Shown piece by piece: positions 42,649 through 53,637 of a DNA stretch of 64,000 nucleotides. A program made the translations under genes and the position numbers. The first letter of the stretch is position 1. Each line of letters opens with the position of its first letter. The stretch is from Pelagibacteraceae bacterium AG-422-I02 (GTDB lineage Bacteria; Pseudomonadota; Alphaproteobacteria; Pelagibacterales; Pelagibacteraceae), in the NCBI GenBank assembly GCA_003213555.1, contig QCMS01000005.1:3812-67811 (forward strand). Reading direction: 5' to 3'. The notes under the pieces are model-generated. The model saw only the letters and a list, made by a program, of their open reading frames with translations. It was not told the origin of the DNA and did not search any database.

Positions 42649-43016
42649 TGATACAAATTCAAACTGAATTAACTGTTGCTGACAATACAGGCGCTAAAAG
42701 AGTTGAATGTATTAAAGTTTTAGGTGGATCAAAAAGAAGATACGCCTCAGTAGGAGATATAATTGTTATAAGTGTTAAAGATGCTATTCCAAAAGGAAAG
42801 GTTAAAAAAGGCGCCGTTCATAAAGCTGTTGTTGTAAGAACTAGAAAAGAAATTTATAGAGATGATGGATCTAAAGTTCAATTTGATAAAAATGCTGTTG
42901 TATTAACGGATGATAAGGGTGAACCAATTGGAACAAGAATATTTGGCCCTGTTACGAGAGAACTTAGAACTAGAGGGCACACTAAAATAATTTCTTTAGC
43001 CCCGGAGGTACTTTAA
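42648..43016 (+). CDS. rplN: 50S ribosomal protein L14
   Basis: MIQ..T.L.VADNTGA start at 42648; [12 protein letters not shown]. Confidence 0.98.
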   Translation: MIQIQTELTVADNTGAKRVECIKVLGGSKRRYASVGDIIVISVKDAIPKGKVKKGAVHKAVVVRTRKEIYRDDGSKVQFDKNAVVLTDDKGEPIGTRIFGPVTRELRTRGHTKIISLAPEVL

Positions 43017-43017
43017 T

Positions 43018-43269
43018 ATGATTTTAAAAAAAGGAGCGCAGGTAAAAGTTATATCAGGTAAAGACAAAGGAAAAACTGGTGAAATTTTGGAAATAAATAG
43101 AAAGTTAAATAAGATAAAAATCAAATCAATTTCTATGATTAAAAGGCACACAAAACCAACGAAAGAAAATAAAGGTGGAATAATTTCTAAAGAGAGTTTT
43201 ATTCATCAATCTAATGTAAAGAACATTGATTTAAAAAAAAGTGATAAGAAAGTTGCAGATAAAAAATAA
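43018..43269 (+). CDS. rplX: 50S ribosomal protein L24 (short)
   Basis: V.VISGKDKGK.G, GGII.KE..IH.SNV. Confidence 0.95.
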   Translation: MILKKGAQVKVISGKDKGKTGEILEINRKLNKIKIKSISMIKRHTKPTKENKGGIISKESFIHQSNVKNIDLKKSDKKVADKK

Positions 43270-43817
43270 TGTCTAGATTAAAAATAACATATGATAAAGA
43301 AATTGTTACAAAACTTATGAGTAAGCTTTCTTTAAAAAATAAGCATAATGTACCGAAAATAAGTAAAATAATTTTAAATATGGGTTTAGGAGAAGATGCA
43401 TCAGATGGTAAAAAACTTAAAGCATGTTCAGATGATATGGCTTTGATAGCTGGACAAAAACCGATCATAACCAAATTTAAGAAATCAATTTCGAATTTTA
43501 AAACCAGAAAAGGTTCTAACGCTGGTGTAAAAGTAACACTTAGATCACAAAAAATGTATGAATTTATTGATAGGTTAGTAAATATTGCTTTACCTAGAAT
43601 AAAAGATTTCAGAGGATTGTCTTCAAAAGGGATAGACAGTTCAAACAACTACTCTTTTGGAATAAAAGAACATATTGTATTTCCAGAGGTAAACTTTGAT
43701 AAGGTTGATAAAATTAGAGGCTTAGATATCACAATAGTTACATCAAGCAAAAATAAAGAAGGGACTTTAGAATTATTGAAAGAATTTAATTTCCCATTAA
43801 ATGAAAAGAAAAACTAA
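43269..43817 (+). CDS. rplE: 50S ribosomal protein L5
   Basis: [21 protein letters not shown]. Confidence 0.98.
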   Translation: MSRLKITYDKEIVTKLMSKLSLKNKHNVPKISKIILNMGLGEDASDGKKLKACSDDMALIAGQKPIITKFKKSISNFKTRKGSNAGVKVTLRSQKMYEFIDRLVNIALPRIKDFRGLSSKGIDSSNNYSFGIKEHIVFPEVNFDKVDKIRGLDITIVTSSKNKEGTLELLKEFNFPLNEKKN

Positions 43818-43825
43818 GGATAAAC

Positions 43826-44131
43826 ATGGCTAAAACAAGTGCAGTACAAAAAAATTTAAAGAGAATTAAACTAGTAAAAAAATATGCTAAAAAAAGAGCT
43901 GCTTTAAAAAAAATCATTAATAATCGAAAATTAGAGTTAGCTGAAAGATTTGAAGCTCAATTAAAATTAAACAAACTTCCAAAAAATTCAGCAAAAATTC
44001 GAATTAGAAATAGATGTGAAGTTTCTGGAAGACCGCATGGGGTTTATAGAAAATTAAGAATATCAAGAATTGCACTAAGAGACATGGCGTCTGCTGGTAA
44101 AATTCCTGGAATAACAAAATCAAGCTGGTAG
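43826..44131 (+). CDS. rpsN: 30S ribosomal protein S14 (long, zinc-independent type)
   Basis: RNRC..SGRPHG.YRK, PG..KSSW; only one Cys. Confidence 0.97.
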   Translation: MAKTSAVQKNLKRIKLVKKYAKKRAALKKIINNRKLELAERFEAQLKLNKLPKNSAKIRIRNRCEVSGRPHGVYRKLRISRIALRDMASAGKIPGITKSSW

Positions 44132-44138
44132 GAGGAAT

Positions 44139-44537
44139 ATGTCATTTACAGATCCGATAGGAGATATGTTTTCAAGAATAAGAAATGGTCAAATGCGATC
44201 ATTAAATTCAGTCGCAATACCTTCTTCAAATTTCAGGAAGAATATTTTAGAAATTCTGAAAACTGAAGGATACATAAAGGATTATTTTATTGAAAAAACA
44301 GAAAATAATAAAATAAATTTAAAAATTACATTAAAATATTATGAAGGTGATCCCGTTATAAAAGAAATAAAGAGAATTTCTAAACCTGGACGAAGAGTTT
44401 ACTCAAGAGCAACTAGTATCCCAAAAGTTATGAACGGACTTGGTTTAGCTATTTTATCAACACCAAAAGGTGTAATGAGTGATGCAGAAGCTAGAAAAAA
44501 TAATGTAGGTGGAGAGGTAATTTGTAGGGTATTCTAA
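44139..44537 (+). CDS. rpsH: 30S ribosomal protein S8
   Basis: DPIGDM..RIRN, SKPGRRVY, GGEV. Confidence 0.98.
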   Translation: MSFTDPIGDMFSRIRNGQMRSLNSVAIPSSNFRKNILEILKTEGYIKDYFIEKTENNKINLKITLKYYEGDPVIKEIKRISKPGRRVYSRATSIPKVMNGLGLAILSTPKGVMSDAEARKNNVGGEVICRVF

Positions 44538-45079
44538 TGTCAAAAATTGGTAAAAAAAATATTTTAATTCCTAAAGAGTCATCTATTAAAATAGAAGGAG
44601 CGCACTTAACTATAACTGGTCCTAAAGGTACAAAAAAATTAACAATTAACGATAAAATATTTTCATCAAAAATAAATGAAAGTGAATTTCAAATACTGCC
44701 TTTAGATAAAAAAGTTGATAAAAAAACATCAATAATGTGGGGAACCTACAGAAGTTTAATTAATAATGCCATAACAGGTGTTTCTAAAGGACATGAAAAA
44801 ATTTTAGAGCTAAGCGGGGTAGGGTTTAGGGCAAATTTAAAAGGGAATATTTTAAATCTCCAATTAGGATTTAGTCATGACATAAATTTTGATATTCCCA
44901 AAGATATAAAGATTACTGTTGAAAAACAAACGATTATTAAAATCAACGGAGTTGATAAAGAATTGGTCTCAAAAATTGCTGCAGATTTAAAAAATTTAAA
45001 ACCGGTCGAACCTTACAAAGCAAAAGGAATAAAAGAAAAAGGACAATTTGTTCTTAGAAAAGAAGGAAAAAAGAAATAA
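44537..45079 (+). CDS. rplF: 50S ribosomal protein L6
   Basis: MSKIGK, GVGFRA, LGFSH, EPYK.KGI, RKEGKK. Confidence 0.98.
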   Translation: MSKIGKKNILIPKESSIKIEGAHLTITGPKGTKKLTINDKIFSSKINESEFQILPLDKKVDKKTSIMWGTYRSLINNAITGVSKGHEKILELSGVGFRANLKGNILNLQLGFSHDINFDIPKDIKITVEKQTIIKINGVDKELVSKIAADLKNLKPVEPYKAKGIKEKGQFVLRKEGKKK

Positions 45080-45432
45080 TGAGGAAAACCAACAATAAGA
45101 TAAAAAGAAAGTTAAGAAACAGAAAAAAACTTAAAAGCGTAAATATCAGTCGTTATAGAATATCTGTTTCTAAATCATTGAATAATTTATCAGCTCAAAT
45201 AATCGATGATCAACAAAAAAAAACATTAGTCTCAGCTTCTTCTATCGAAAAAGAAATAAAATTAAAAAAAGTAAAAAAAATGGAAAAATCCAGTTTAATA
45301 GGAGAAATTTTGGCTAAAAGAGCTAAAGAAAAGAATATAAATGAAGTTTATTTTGACAGAGGTGCGTATAAATATCATGGAAGAATAAAAACTTTTGCAG
45401 AAACTTTAAGAAAAAACGGATTAAAATTTTAG
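45079..45432 (+). CDS. rplR: 50S ribosomal protein L18
   Basis: AQIIDD, FDRG.YKYHGR. Confidence 0.97.
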   Translation: MRKTNNKIKRKLRNRKKLKSVNISRYRISVSKSLNNLSAQIIDDQQKKTLVSASSIEKEIKLKKVKKMEKSSLIGEILAKRAKEKNINEVYFDRGAYKYHGRIKTFAETLRKNGLKF

Positions 45433-45433
45433 A

Positions 45434-45949
45434 ATGAGAGAAAAAAAAATAGAAAGCGACATAAAAGAAAAGTTAGTAGCGATTAATAGAATAACTAAGG
45501 TTGTAAAAGGCGGAAGAAGATTTGGCTTTGCGGCATTGGTAGTTGTTGGTAATCAAAAAGGTTCTGTAGGTATAGGTCAAGGTAAATCAAAACAAGTCCC
45601 TGATGCAATCAAAAAAGCAACTGAAGTAGCTAAGAGAAATTTAATTAAAATACCATTAAAAGAGGGAAGAACTCTTCATCACGACGTAAAAGGTAAAAAT
45701 GGTTCTGGAAAAGTTTTTTTAAGAGCAGCGCCGGCTGGTACAGGAATTATCGCAGGAGGTGCAATCCGCTCTGTATGTGAAGTTCTTGGTATTCAAGATG
45801 TTGTTGCAAAATCTCTGGGTTCAGCTAATCCACACAATGTTTTGAAAGCTTGTATTAATGGCTTAAAATCTCAAAATTCTCCAAAAATTTTATCAGCAAT
45901 AAGAGGAAAAAAAATATCAGATATAGTTTTAAAAAGAGAGGCAAATTAA
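45434..45949 (+). CDS. rpsE: 30S ribosomal protein S5
   Basis: [24 protein letters not shown]. Confidence 0.98.
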   Translation: MREKKIESDIKEKLVAINRITKVVKGGRRFGFAALVVVGNQKGSVGIGQGKSKQVPDAIKKATEVAKRNLIKIPLKEGRTLHHDVKGKNGSGKVFLRAAPAGTGIIAGGAIRSVCEVLGIQDVVAKSLGSANPHNVLKACINGLKSQNSPKILSAIRGKKISDIVLKREAN

Positions 45950-46410
45950 TGCAATTAAATAATTTGATAAAAAATAATAAAAAAAAAATTAGAGTAGGTC
46001 GTGGTATTGGCTCTGGTAAAGGTAAAACTTCTGCTAGAGGACACAAAGGGCAAAAATCTAGATCTGGTGTAGCTATAAAAAGTTTTGAAGGTGGACAAAT
46101 GCCTTTATACAGACGTTTACCTAAAAGAGGATTTAAATCTTTGAATAAAAATAATACAGCTATATTAAATTTATCTAAAATTCAAAATATTTTAGATAAA
46201 TCAAAAAATAATATTAAAGGCCCTCTAGATCTTAAAACTTTAAAAGAAAAAAATTTAATTAATAAAAAGTATTTAAAGCTCAAGATTTTAGGAACTGGTG
46301 AAATAAAAAAAAATATAGAAATTTCTGCACACTTTGTTTCTAAACAAGCTTCAACTAAAATTGAAAAGGCCGGCGGTAAGATAAATATTCTAAAAAAAAG
46401 TAAAATTTAA
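45949..46410 (+). CDS. rplO: 50S ribosomal protein L15
   Basis: RVGRGIGSGKGKT, FEGGQMPLYRRLPKRGF. Confidence 0.98.
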   Translation: MQLNNLIKNNKKKIRVGRGIGSGKGKTSARGHKGQKSRSGVAIKSFEGGQMPLYRRLPKRGFKSLNKNNTAILNLSKIQNILDKSKNNIKGPLDLKTLKEKNLINKKYLKLKILGTGEIKKNIEISAHFVSKQASTKIEKAGGKINILKKSKI

Positions 46411-46412
46411 TA

Positions 46413-47717
46413 ATGTCTAGTGAAACAATCAATACAGCTGGTGCATTTAGTCAAGCAAAAGATTTAAAAAATCGTATATTATTTACTGTTCTTATATTAG
46501 TCATTTACAGATTAGGCACATACGTCCCATTAGCAGGTATTGATCCCTCAGCTTTAAAAGAAATTATGGCTTCAAGTCAAAAGGGTTTATTAGGTATGTT
46601 TAATATGTTCTCTGGAGGAGCAGTTACTAGAATGGCAATATTTGCACTAGGTATTATGCCTTATATATCTTCTTCTATTATAGTTCAGTTGTTAACTGGA
46701 GTTTCTGATTATTTTAAAAATTTGAAAGAACAAGGAGAGATAGGAAGAAAAAAAATTACCCAAATAACAAGATATGGAACAGTTTTAATCGCAGCATTAC
46801 AGGGATACGGAGTATCTGTAGGTCTAGAAAATGCAGGGAATTTAGTAATTGAGCCTGGACTATCATTTAGAATAGTAACAACAATTTCTCTTGTTGCAGG
46901 AACAACTTTTTTAATGTGGTTAGGTGAACAAATTACACTTAGAGGTGTAGGAAACGGGATTTCTTTAATTATTTTTTCAGGAATAGTTGCAGAAATACCT
47001 AGAGCTTTGGCTTCAACTTTTGAACTTGGAAGAACTGGAGCATTATCTGCTTTAATGATAGTTGGTATATTTGTTTTAGTAATCTTAACTGTTTTGTTTA
47101 TTGTATTTTTTGAGAGAGCAATGAGAAAAATATTAATTAATTATCCTAAAAGACAAGTTGGAAATAAAATGTATGGAGGGGAGTCCTCACATTTGCCACT
47201 TAAGATAAATACTGCAGGAGTAATTCCAGCTATTTTTGCATCAGCTTTACTATTATTACCTATAACTATTACAAATTTTGGATTTGCAGAATCAGACGCT
47301 TTTTTAAAAATTTCATCAATGTTTACTCAAGGTCAACCTCTTTATATGTTGTTATATGCTTCAGGAATAATTTTCTTCTCTTTTTTTTACACATCAATCG
47401 TTTTTAATCCAAAAGAAACAGCGGAAAATTTAAGAAAATATGGAGGTTATATTCCAGGAATAAGACCAGGAGATAGAACAGCAGAATATATAGATACAAT
47501 ATTGACACGATTAACTACTGTTGGCGCTTTATATTTGACATTTGTTTGTTTAATGCCTGAATTTTTGATAGCTAAATATCCCATTCCTTTTTATTTAGGT
47601 GGTACTTCAATATTAATAGTTGTTGTTGTTGCCATGGATACCGTTACGCAAGTGCAAACAAGATTAATGAGTTCTCAGTATGAGTCACTCATTAAAAAAA
47701 CAAAATTTGGTAAATAG
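46413..47717 (+). CDS. secY: Preprotein translocase SecY
   Basis: FALGIMPYI, GNGISLIIF, GVIPAIFA, IPGIRPG. Confidence 0.99.
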   Translation: MSSETINTAGAFSQAKDLKNRILFTVLILVIYRLGTYVPLAGIDPSALKEIMASSQKGLLGMFNMFSGGAVTRMAIFALGIMPYISSSIIVQLLTGVSDYFKNLKEQGEIGRKKITQITRYGTVLIAALQGYGVSVGLENAGNLVIEPGLSFRIVTTISLVAGTTFLMWLGEQITLRGVGNGISLIIFSGIVAEIPRALASTFELGRTGALSALMIVGIFVLVILTVLFIVFFERAMRKILINYPKRQVGNKMYGGESSHLPLKINTAGVIPAIFASALLLLPITITNFGFAESDAFLKISSMFTQGQPLYMLLYASGIIFFSFFYTSIVFNPKETAENLRKYGGYIPGIRPGDRTAEYIDTILTRLTTVGALYLTFVCLMPEFLIAKYPIPFYLGGTSILIVVVVAMDTVTQVQTRLMSSQYESLIKKTKFGK

Positions 47718-47726
47718 TAATTTTCA

Positions 47727-48299
47727 ATGAATATAGTTATCTTTGGTCCACCAGGAGCTGGTAAAGGAACTCAGTCAAACTTAATAGTTAAAAAATTTAA
47801 ATTACATCAACTATCTACTGGTGAACTTCTAAGAAAAGAAATAGAAGATAATACTCATCTAGGCAAAGAAATATCATTAATAATCAATCAAGGTAACCTT
47901 GTATCAGATACAATTGTTGGAAATTTAATTAAAAAATATATATCAGATGACAAATATAGAAATAGATTAATTTTTGATGGTTATCCAAGAAACCTCAATC
48001 AAGCAAAAAATCTTGATGATTTATTAAAAGAAAATAATCAAAAAATTGATATTGTTTTAAAATTATCAGTAAGCTTGAAGACTATAAAAAGAAGAATTTT
48101 AGAAAGAAAAAATTTGGAAAAAAGAAAGGATGATAGTGAAGAAATAGCTATTAAAAGATATAATACTTATGAAAATAATATTAAGCCTTTAATTGATTTT
48201 TACAAAAAATCTAATTTATTAAAAGTCGTCAATGGAGAGGCTTCAATAACTGAAATTAGTAGTGAAATTAGCGGTTTAATTAAGGGTATGAAGGGTTGA
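47727..48299 (+). CDS. adk: Adenylate kinase (short, LID-less form)
   Basis: GPPGAGKGTQ, STG.LLR, DGYPR, R.DD. Confidence 0.96.
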   Translation: MNIVIFGPPGAGKGTQSNLIVKKFKLHQLSTGELLRKEIEDNTHLGKEISLIINQGNLVSDTIVGNLIKKYISDDKYRNRLIFDGYPRNLNQAKNLDDLLKENNQKIDIVLKLSVSLKTIKRRILERKNLEKRKDDSEEIAIKRYNTYENNIKPLIDFYKKSNLLKVVNGEASITEISSEISGLIKGMKG

Positions 48300-48323
48300 C
48301 TTTAAGATATTAGACAATATAAA
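48296..48323 (+). promoter_or_regulatory. Putative promoter of the rpsM-rpsK-rpoA-rplQ operon
   Basis: TTGACT (48296-301), 16 nt, TATAAA (48318-23). Confidence 0.55.
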
Positions 48324-48351
48324 TACGCAGGAAATATTAAATCATTAATTT

Positions 48352-48735
48352 ATGGCTCGTATTGCAGGGATAAATATCCCACAAAATAAAATAGTAAGTA
48401 TAGCTTTAACTTATATACATGGTATAGGTTTACACTCTTCAAGAAAAATATGCGATAAATTAAATATACCTTCATCAAAAAGGGTGAACGAATTATCAGA
48501 GGAGCAAGTTTTGAAAATTAGAGAATTTATTGATGCAAATCATAAAGTTGAGGGAGATTTAAGAAGAGAAGTTTCAGTTAATATTAAAAGACTTGTAGAT
48601 CTAGCTTGTTACCGAGGGACTAGACATAAAAAAAAATTGCCTGTTAGAGGACAAAGAACTCAATGTAATGCTAGAACTAGAAAAGGTAAAGCAATTGCTA
48701 TAGCTGGAAAAAAACTTACTCCACTCAAAAAATAG
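48352..48735 (+). CDS. rpsM: 30S ribosomal protein S13
   Basis: [24 protein letters not shown]. Confidence 0.98.
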   Translation: MARIAGINIPQNKIVSIALTYIHGIGLHSSRKICDKLNIPSSKRVNELSEEQVLKIREFIDANHKVEGDLRREVSVNIKRLVDLACYRGTRHKKKLPVRGQRTQCNARTRKGKAIAIAGKKLTPLKK

Positions 48736-48740
48736 TTTTA

Positions 48741-49196
48741 ATGAATACTAAAATTGAAAAAAAAGAGAAAAAAACCGCTTCCAAAGAAGTTAAAAAAGTT
48801 GAGTTAAAGAACACTAGCACGTTTAAAAAAAAGAAAAAAATTAAAAGAAATATAACTTCTGGTATTGCTTATGTTTATTCAACATTTAACAATACTATTA
48901 TTTCAATCGCTGATGAAAGTGGAAATGTTGTGTCTTGGTCTTCAGCTGGAGCTAAAGGGTTTAAAGGATCGAGAAAGTCAACTCCTTATGCTGCCCAAGT
49001 AGCAGCAGATGATGCTGGCGCAAAAGCTTTTGAACAAGGTTTAAGAACATTAACCGTTCAAGTAAAAGGTCCTGGTTCTGGAAGAGAGACTGCCCTAAGA
49101 TCTTTACAATCAAGAGGATTTAAGATTTTATCCATTAAGGATACCACGCCAATGCCACATAACGGTGCAAGACCACCTAAAAGAAGGAGAGTATAA
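48741..49196 (+). CDS. rpsK: 30S ribosomal protein S11
   Basis: [33 protein letters not shown]. Confidence 0.98.
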   Translation: MNTKIEKKEKKTASKEVKKVELKNTSTFKKKKKIKRNITSGIAYVYSTFNNTIISIADESGNVVSWSSAGAKGFKGSRKSTPYAAQVAADDAGAKAFEQGLRTLTVQVKGPGSGRETALRSLQSRGFKILSIKDTTPMPHNGARPPKRRRV

Positions 49197-50230
49197 TGCA
49201 AACTACATCTAATGTAATAGATAAAAATTGGAAAGCACTTATTAAACCTAACAAGTTAGAAATCACTAGCAATGAGGATAAAACAATCGCAAAAGTTATA
49301 GCTGAACCTTTGGAAAAAGGTTTTGGCCAGACTATTGGTAATTCATTAAGAAGAATATTATTATCATCAATACAAGGTGCTGCAGTCACAGCAATTCAGA
49401 TAGATGGAGTTTTACATGAATTTTCCTCTATAAAAGGCGTTAGAGAGGACGTAACTGACATAGTTTTAAATGTGAAAAATTTAGCTATAAAATCATCAAC
49501 ATCTAATCCCAAAAAAATTGTTCTAGATATTCAAGGACCTAAAGAAGTTAAAGCAAAAGATATAACTTTAGTACCGGAGATAGAAATATTAAACCCTGAT
49601 CAAACTATTTGTAACTTAGATGAAAAAACTAATTTTCATATGGAACTTATGGTAAGCACAGGGAAAGGTTATGTACAAGCGCCTAAAAATAAAACAGAGG
49701 ATAGCCCATTAGGACTAATTTCAATTGACTCATTATTTAGTCCAGTCAAAAAAGTTTCTTTTTCAGTTGAAAACACAAGAGCTGGAAGTGCTCTAGATTA
49801 TGACAAGTTATTAATGACTGTTGAAACAAATGGAACGGTTGATGCTGAGGATGCCATAGCATACTCAGCTAGAATTTTCCAAGACCAATTGTCAATGTTT
49901 GTTAATTTTGAAGATCCTCAAGAAGTTGTAAAAGAAGTTAAATCTTCAGAGCCTGAATTTAACAGAAATTTATTAAAAAGAGTTGAAGAGCTAGAGTTAT
50001 CAGTCAGATCTATGAATTGTCTAAAGAATGATAATATAATTTATATTGGCGATTTAGTTCAAAAAACTGAGCCAGAAATGTTAAGAACCCCTAACTTTGG
50101 TAGAAAGTCACTTAACGAAATAAAAGAAGTTTTAAATACAATGTCTTTATATCTTGGAATGGAAATACCAAACTGGCCTCCTGATAATATCGCTGAACTT
50201 TCAAAGAAATTAGAGGAAAATAATTACTAA
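49196..50230 (+). CDS. rpoA: RNA polymerase alpha subunit
   Basis: [38 protein letters not shown]. Confidence 0.99.
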   Translation: MQTTSNVIDKNWKALIKPNKLEITSNEDKTIAKVIAEPLEKGFGQTIGNSLRRILLSSIQGAAVTAIQIDGVLHEFSSIKGVREDVTDIVLNVKNLAIKSSTSNPKKIVLDIQGPKEVKAKDITLVPEIEILNPDQTICNLDEKTNFHMELMVSTGKGYVQAPKNKTEDSPLGLISIDSLFSPVKKVSFSVENTRAGSALDYDKLLMTVETNGTVDAEDAIAYSARIFQDQLSMFVNFEDPQEVVKEVKSSEPEFNRNLLKRVEELELSVRSMNCLKNDNIIYIGDLVQKTEPEMLRTPNFGRKSLNEIKEVLNTMSLYLGMEIPNWPPDNIAELSKKLEENNY

Positions 50231-50679
50231 TGAGACACGGTATCGGTTATAGAAAATTAAACAAAACTAGTGAGCATAGAAAGGCTTTATTTAAAAATAT
50301 GCTTAATGCTTTAATTAAATATGAACAGATAATAACTACTTTACCAAAAGCAAAAGAACTTAGACCTCAAATAGATAAAGTTATCACAATCGGTAAAAGG
50401 AATATTTTAAGTAATAAAAAAAGACTGTTTTCAAAATTACAAGACAAAAAATCAGTGATAAAAGTATTTGATGAACTATCTAAAAGATACAGTTCTCGAA
50501 AAGGTGGGTATTCACGAGTTTTAAAAGCTGGATTTAGAACAGGTGATGATGCACCAATGGCTGTAATTGAATTAGTAGATAGAAATCTTGAAGCTAAAAA
50601 AGTAGACAAGCCTAAAAAAACTGAGACTAAAGATAAAAAAAAAGAAGCTCAACAAGAGCCTAAAGCAGCAAGCAAATAA
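50230..50679 (+). CDS. rplQ: 50S ribosomal protein L17
   Basis: [25 protein letters not shown]. Confidence 0.98.
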   Translation: MRHGIGYRKLNKTSEHRKALFKNMLNALIKYEQIITTLPKAKELRPQIDKVITIGKRNILSNKKRLFSKLQDKKSVIKVFDELSKRYSSRKGGYSRVLKAGFRTGDDAPMAVIELVDRNLEAKKVDKPKKTETKDKKKEAQQEPKAASK

Positions 50680-50689
50680 TTAAGCGTTC

Positions 50690-51589
50690 ATGCCCAAATC
50701 ATACACAGTAGACGATGATTACAATGACTCACGTCTAGATAAATGGTTTAAAAATAAAATAATTAATCTACCCCATTCATTATTAGAGAAAATATTAAGA
50801 CAAAATAAAATTAAAGTTAATAAAAAAAGAACTAAATCTTCTTATAGACTTCAAATTGGTGATTTGATTGAGATTTACGATATTTCCAAGTTTAAACCTG
50901 TAAATAAAAAAGAAAAGATTAAATATTTACCTAAAAAAAAAGAAATTGGCACTTATGATGATTATGTAATTGAAGATAATGAAAATTTTATAGTGATTAA
51001 TAAACCAATTGGTATACCAGTTCAATCGGGTACTAAATCATTTAAAAACATTATAGATATAATAAAAAACACAAAATATTTTGAAAATTCAAAACCTTTT
51101 ATTGTTCATAGATTAGATAAAGAGACATCAGGGGTTTTGATAATTGCCAAAAATAGAAAGTATGCCCAATTATTTACTTCACTATTTAGAATCAGGAAAA
51201 TTCATAAAACTTATTTAGCTATAGTGTATGGAAAAGTTGAAAAAACCATAAAAGTGATGAAAGATGATTTAATCTATTACGAAAAAAAAAAAAAAATTAT
51301 TCAAAAAGCTTTATCAAATCTTAAAATTATCAAATCAAATGAGGGTTATTCTTACTTGGAGTTAAATCCTATTACTGGAAGAAAGCATCAATTGCGAAAA
51401 CAATTACTTAACATTGGATGTCCGATAATAGGAGATGATAAATATTTTTTAAATGACAGGAAAAGATTAAAAATTAAAAATCTTATGTTACATGCATATA
51501 AAATAAAATTTATGATTAACAATATTCAATATAATTTTAAGGCAAAGTATAACGAACTATTCGAAGACTTTCTTAAAAAAAATTTTTAA
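50690..51589 (+). CDS. RluA/RluC-family pseudouridine synthase
   Basis: S4-like N-terminus RLDK; NKP.G; HRLDKETSG; TGRKHQLR. Confidence 0.93.
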   Translation: MPKSYTVDDDYNDSRLDKWFKNKIINLPHSLLEKILRQNKIKVNKKRTKSSYRLQIGDLIEIYDISKFKPVNKKEKIKYLPKKKEIGTYDDYVIEDNENFIVINKPIGIPVQSGTKSFKNIIDIIKNTKYFENSKPFIVHRLDKETSGVLIIAKNRKYAQLFTSLFRIRKIHKTYLAIVYGKVEKTIKVMKDDLIYYEKKKKIIQKALSNLKIIKSNEGYSYLELNPITGRKHQLRKQLLNIGCPIIGDDKYFLNDRKRLKIKNLMLHAYKIKFMINNIQYNFKAKYNELFEDFLKKNF

Positions 51590-52197
51590 ATATTATTAAT
51601 ATTTTTAATAAAAATATTTGCTAAATTATTCTCAAAGTTCGTAGGTTTGATGTCTATTAATTTTGACATTGAAGTGACTTTTTTATTATCTAAACCGCAT
51701 GGAATAATTTTTAAATATTGGTTTAAGTTATTTGAAATATTTATTGAACAACCATGGTAAGCAACCCATCTAGATACCCTAATACCTATCGCTGCAATTT
51801 TTTTATCTTTAACCCAAATGCCTATATTTTTTTTATCATTTTTGGCTTTAATCTTATAATTTTCTAAAAATTGTATTATGCTTTTTTCTACTGAATTAAT
51901 TAATTTTCTTATATCTTTTTTTCTTTTGTTTAAATTGATGACAAAGTAAACAATTTTTTGCCCAGGATTGTGCAGTGTTATTTTGCCCCCTCTATCTGAT
52001 TTCACTATTTTTATTTTTTTATCAATTATTTCTTTTTTATTGAAACTTACTCCAGCAGTATAAGTAGTGGGATGTTCTAGGATCCATAATAATTCTCGAT
52101 TTTTGTCACTTTTTACTTCTTCAACTCTTTTATTGAGATAAAGCATTGCCGTTTTATAGGGTATACGTTTTTTGCTAATTTTGACTTCTATACTCAT
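51586..52197 (-). CDS. lipB: Octanoyltransferase LipB
   Basis: LEHP..YTAG, RGG.IT.H.PGQ, KIAAIG, IIPCG. Confidence 0.96.
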   Translation of the reverse strand: MSIEVKISKKRIPYKTAMLYLNKRVEEVKSDKNRELLWILEHPTTYTAGVSFNKKEIIDKKIKIVKSDRGGKITLHNPGQKIVYFVINLNKRKKDIRKLINSVEKSIIQFLENYKIKAKNDKKNIGIWVKDKKIAAIGIRVSRWVAYHGCSINISNNLNQYLKIIPCGLDNKKVTSMSKLIDIKPTNFENNLANIFIKNINNI

Positions 52198-52257
52198 TTA
52201 ATTTGAATTTTATCATTATATAGACTAATAGTCTCAAAAAAACTTTAAGAGGTATTT

Positions 52258-53637
52258 ATGACTTTACCAAAATCAAGAGAAGCAAAAAAAGTCAATTTGG
52301 ATTTTAATAAGGAATTTATCAGTACTTTTACTCAAAATATTGAGAGTGGGAATGTTGAATTTATCAATCAAACGCTGAAGGATTTGCACGAAGCAGATGT
52401 CGCTAATTTAATTGAAAATTTAAATCCTGATACAAGAAATAAATTAATTGAAATTGAATCATTTAATATTGATCCAGAAATTTTTATTGAATTAAATGAG
52501 TCAATTCAAAGTGAAGTTTTACAATTACTTTCTATAGAATCTCTAATCAAAATAATAAAAAGGTTAGAGTCTGATAATGCTATTAAAATTCTTGAAAATT
52601 TATCAAAAGAAGTAAAAGAAAAAGTATTAGAAAAACTTCCTCCAAAAGACAAATTTTTACTACAAGAAGGTTTAAGTTACCCTGAGGATTCCGCGGCAAG
52701 AATAATGCAAAGAGAATTTACAGCAGTACCAAGTAATTGGACTGTTGGACAAACTATAGATTATTTAAGAGAGGATAAAGATTTACCTGAAGAATTCTTG
52801 GAAATTTTTATAGTAGATAATGATTTTAAACCAATTGGAACTGTTCCTTCATCAAGAGTACTTAGAACTTCTAGAGATTTAAAAATGAATTCTATAATGA
52901 GAGAAATGCCAGTTTTAATTTCAGTTAATATGGATAAAGAAGAAGTTGGTCTCACTTTTGAAAATTATAACTTGGTTTCTGCAGGTGTAGTTAATAAAGA
53001 AAATAAGTTAGTTGGTATGATTACAGCCGACGATGTTGTTACAGTTGTTCAAGAGGAAGCTGAAGAAGATGCTTTACGATTAGCAGGGGTTGGCGATGAA
53101 GAAATCACTGATAGTGTTATGCTTAAAACAAAAAGAAGATTTAATTGGTTATTATTAAATCTATTTACCGCCTTACTTGCAACTTGGGTTATCAGTTTCT
53201 TTGGAGCTTCAATCGAACAAATGGTAGCTTTAGCTTTTCTCATGCCAATAGTTGCTTCAATGGGGGGAAATGCCGGGATGCAAACCTTAGCAGTTACAAT
53301 ACGGGCAATAGCCACCAAAGAATTATCAAAAAGTAATTTTAATCGAGTGGTTGGTAAAGAATTTTTGATAGGTATTTTAAATGGTGTAATTTTTGCAATA
53401 ATAACTGCAATAATAGTTCAATTATGGTTTAAAGAATTAAACCTTTCACTTTTAATTGGTATTTCAATGATCTTAAATATGATTGTTGCAGGATTGTTTG
53501 GAATTTTAGTTCCAGTATCATTAAAAAAATTAAATATTGATCCTGCTTTAGCCTCAAGTGTTTTTGTAACAACTATTACAGATGTTATTGGGTTTCTCTC
53601 TTTTCTAGGCTTAGGATCTTTTTACTTTTTAAATTAG
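52258..53637 (+). CDS. mgtE: Magnesium transporter MgtE
   Basis: N-domain, CBS pair, P...MGGN.G.Q, DPA..S..FVTT.TD. Confidence 0.96.
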   Translation: MTLPKSREAKKVNLDFNKEFISTFTQNIESGNVEFINQTLKDLHEADVANLIENLNPDTRNKLIEIESFNIDPEIFIELNESIQSEVLQLLSIESLIKIIKRLESDNAIKILENLSKEVKEKVLEKLPPKDKFLLQEGLSYPEDSAARIMQREFTAVPSNWTVGQTIDYLREDKDLPEEFLEIFIVDNDFKPIGTVPSSRVLRTSRDLKMNSIMREMPVLISVNMDKEEVGLTFENYNLVSAGVVNKENKLVGMITADDVVTVVQEEAEEDALRLAGVGDEEITDSVMLKTKRRFNWLLLNLFTALLATWVISFFGASIEQMVALAFLMPIVASMGGNAGMQTLAVTIRAIATKELSKSNFNRVVGKEFLIGILNGVIFAIITAIIVQLWFKELNLSLLIGISMILNMIVAGLFGILVPVSLKKLNIDPALASSVFVTTITDVIGFLSFLGLGSFYFLN

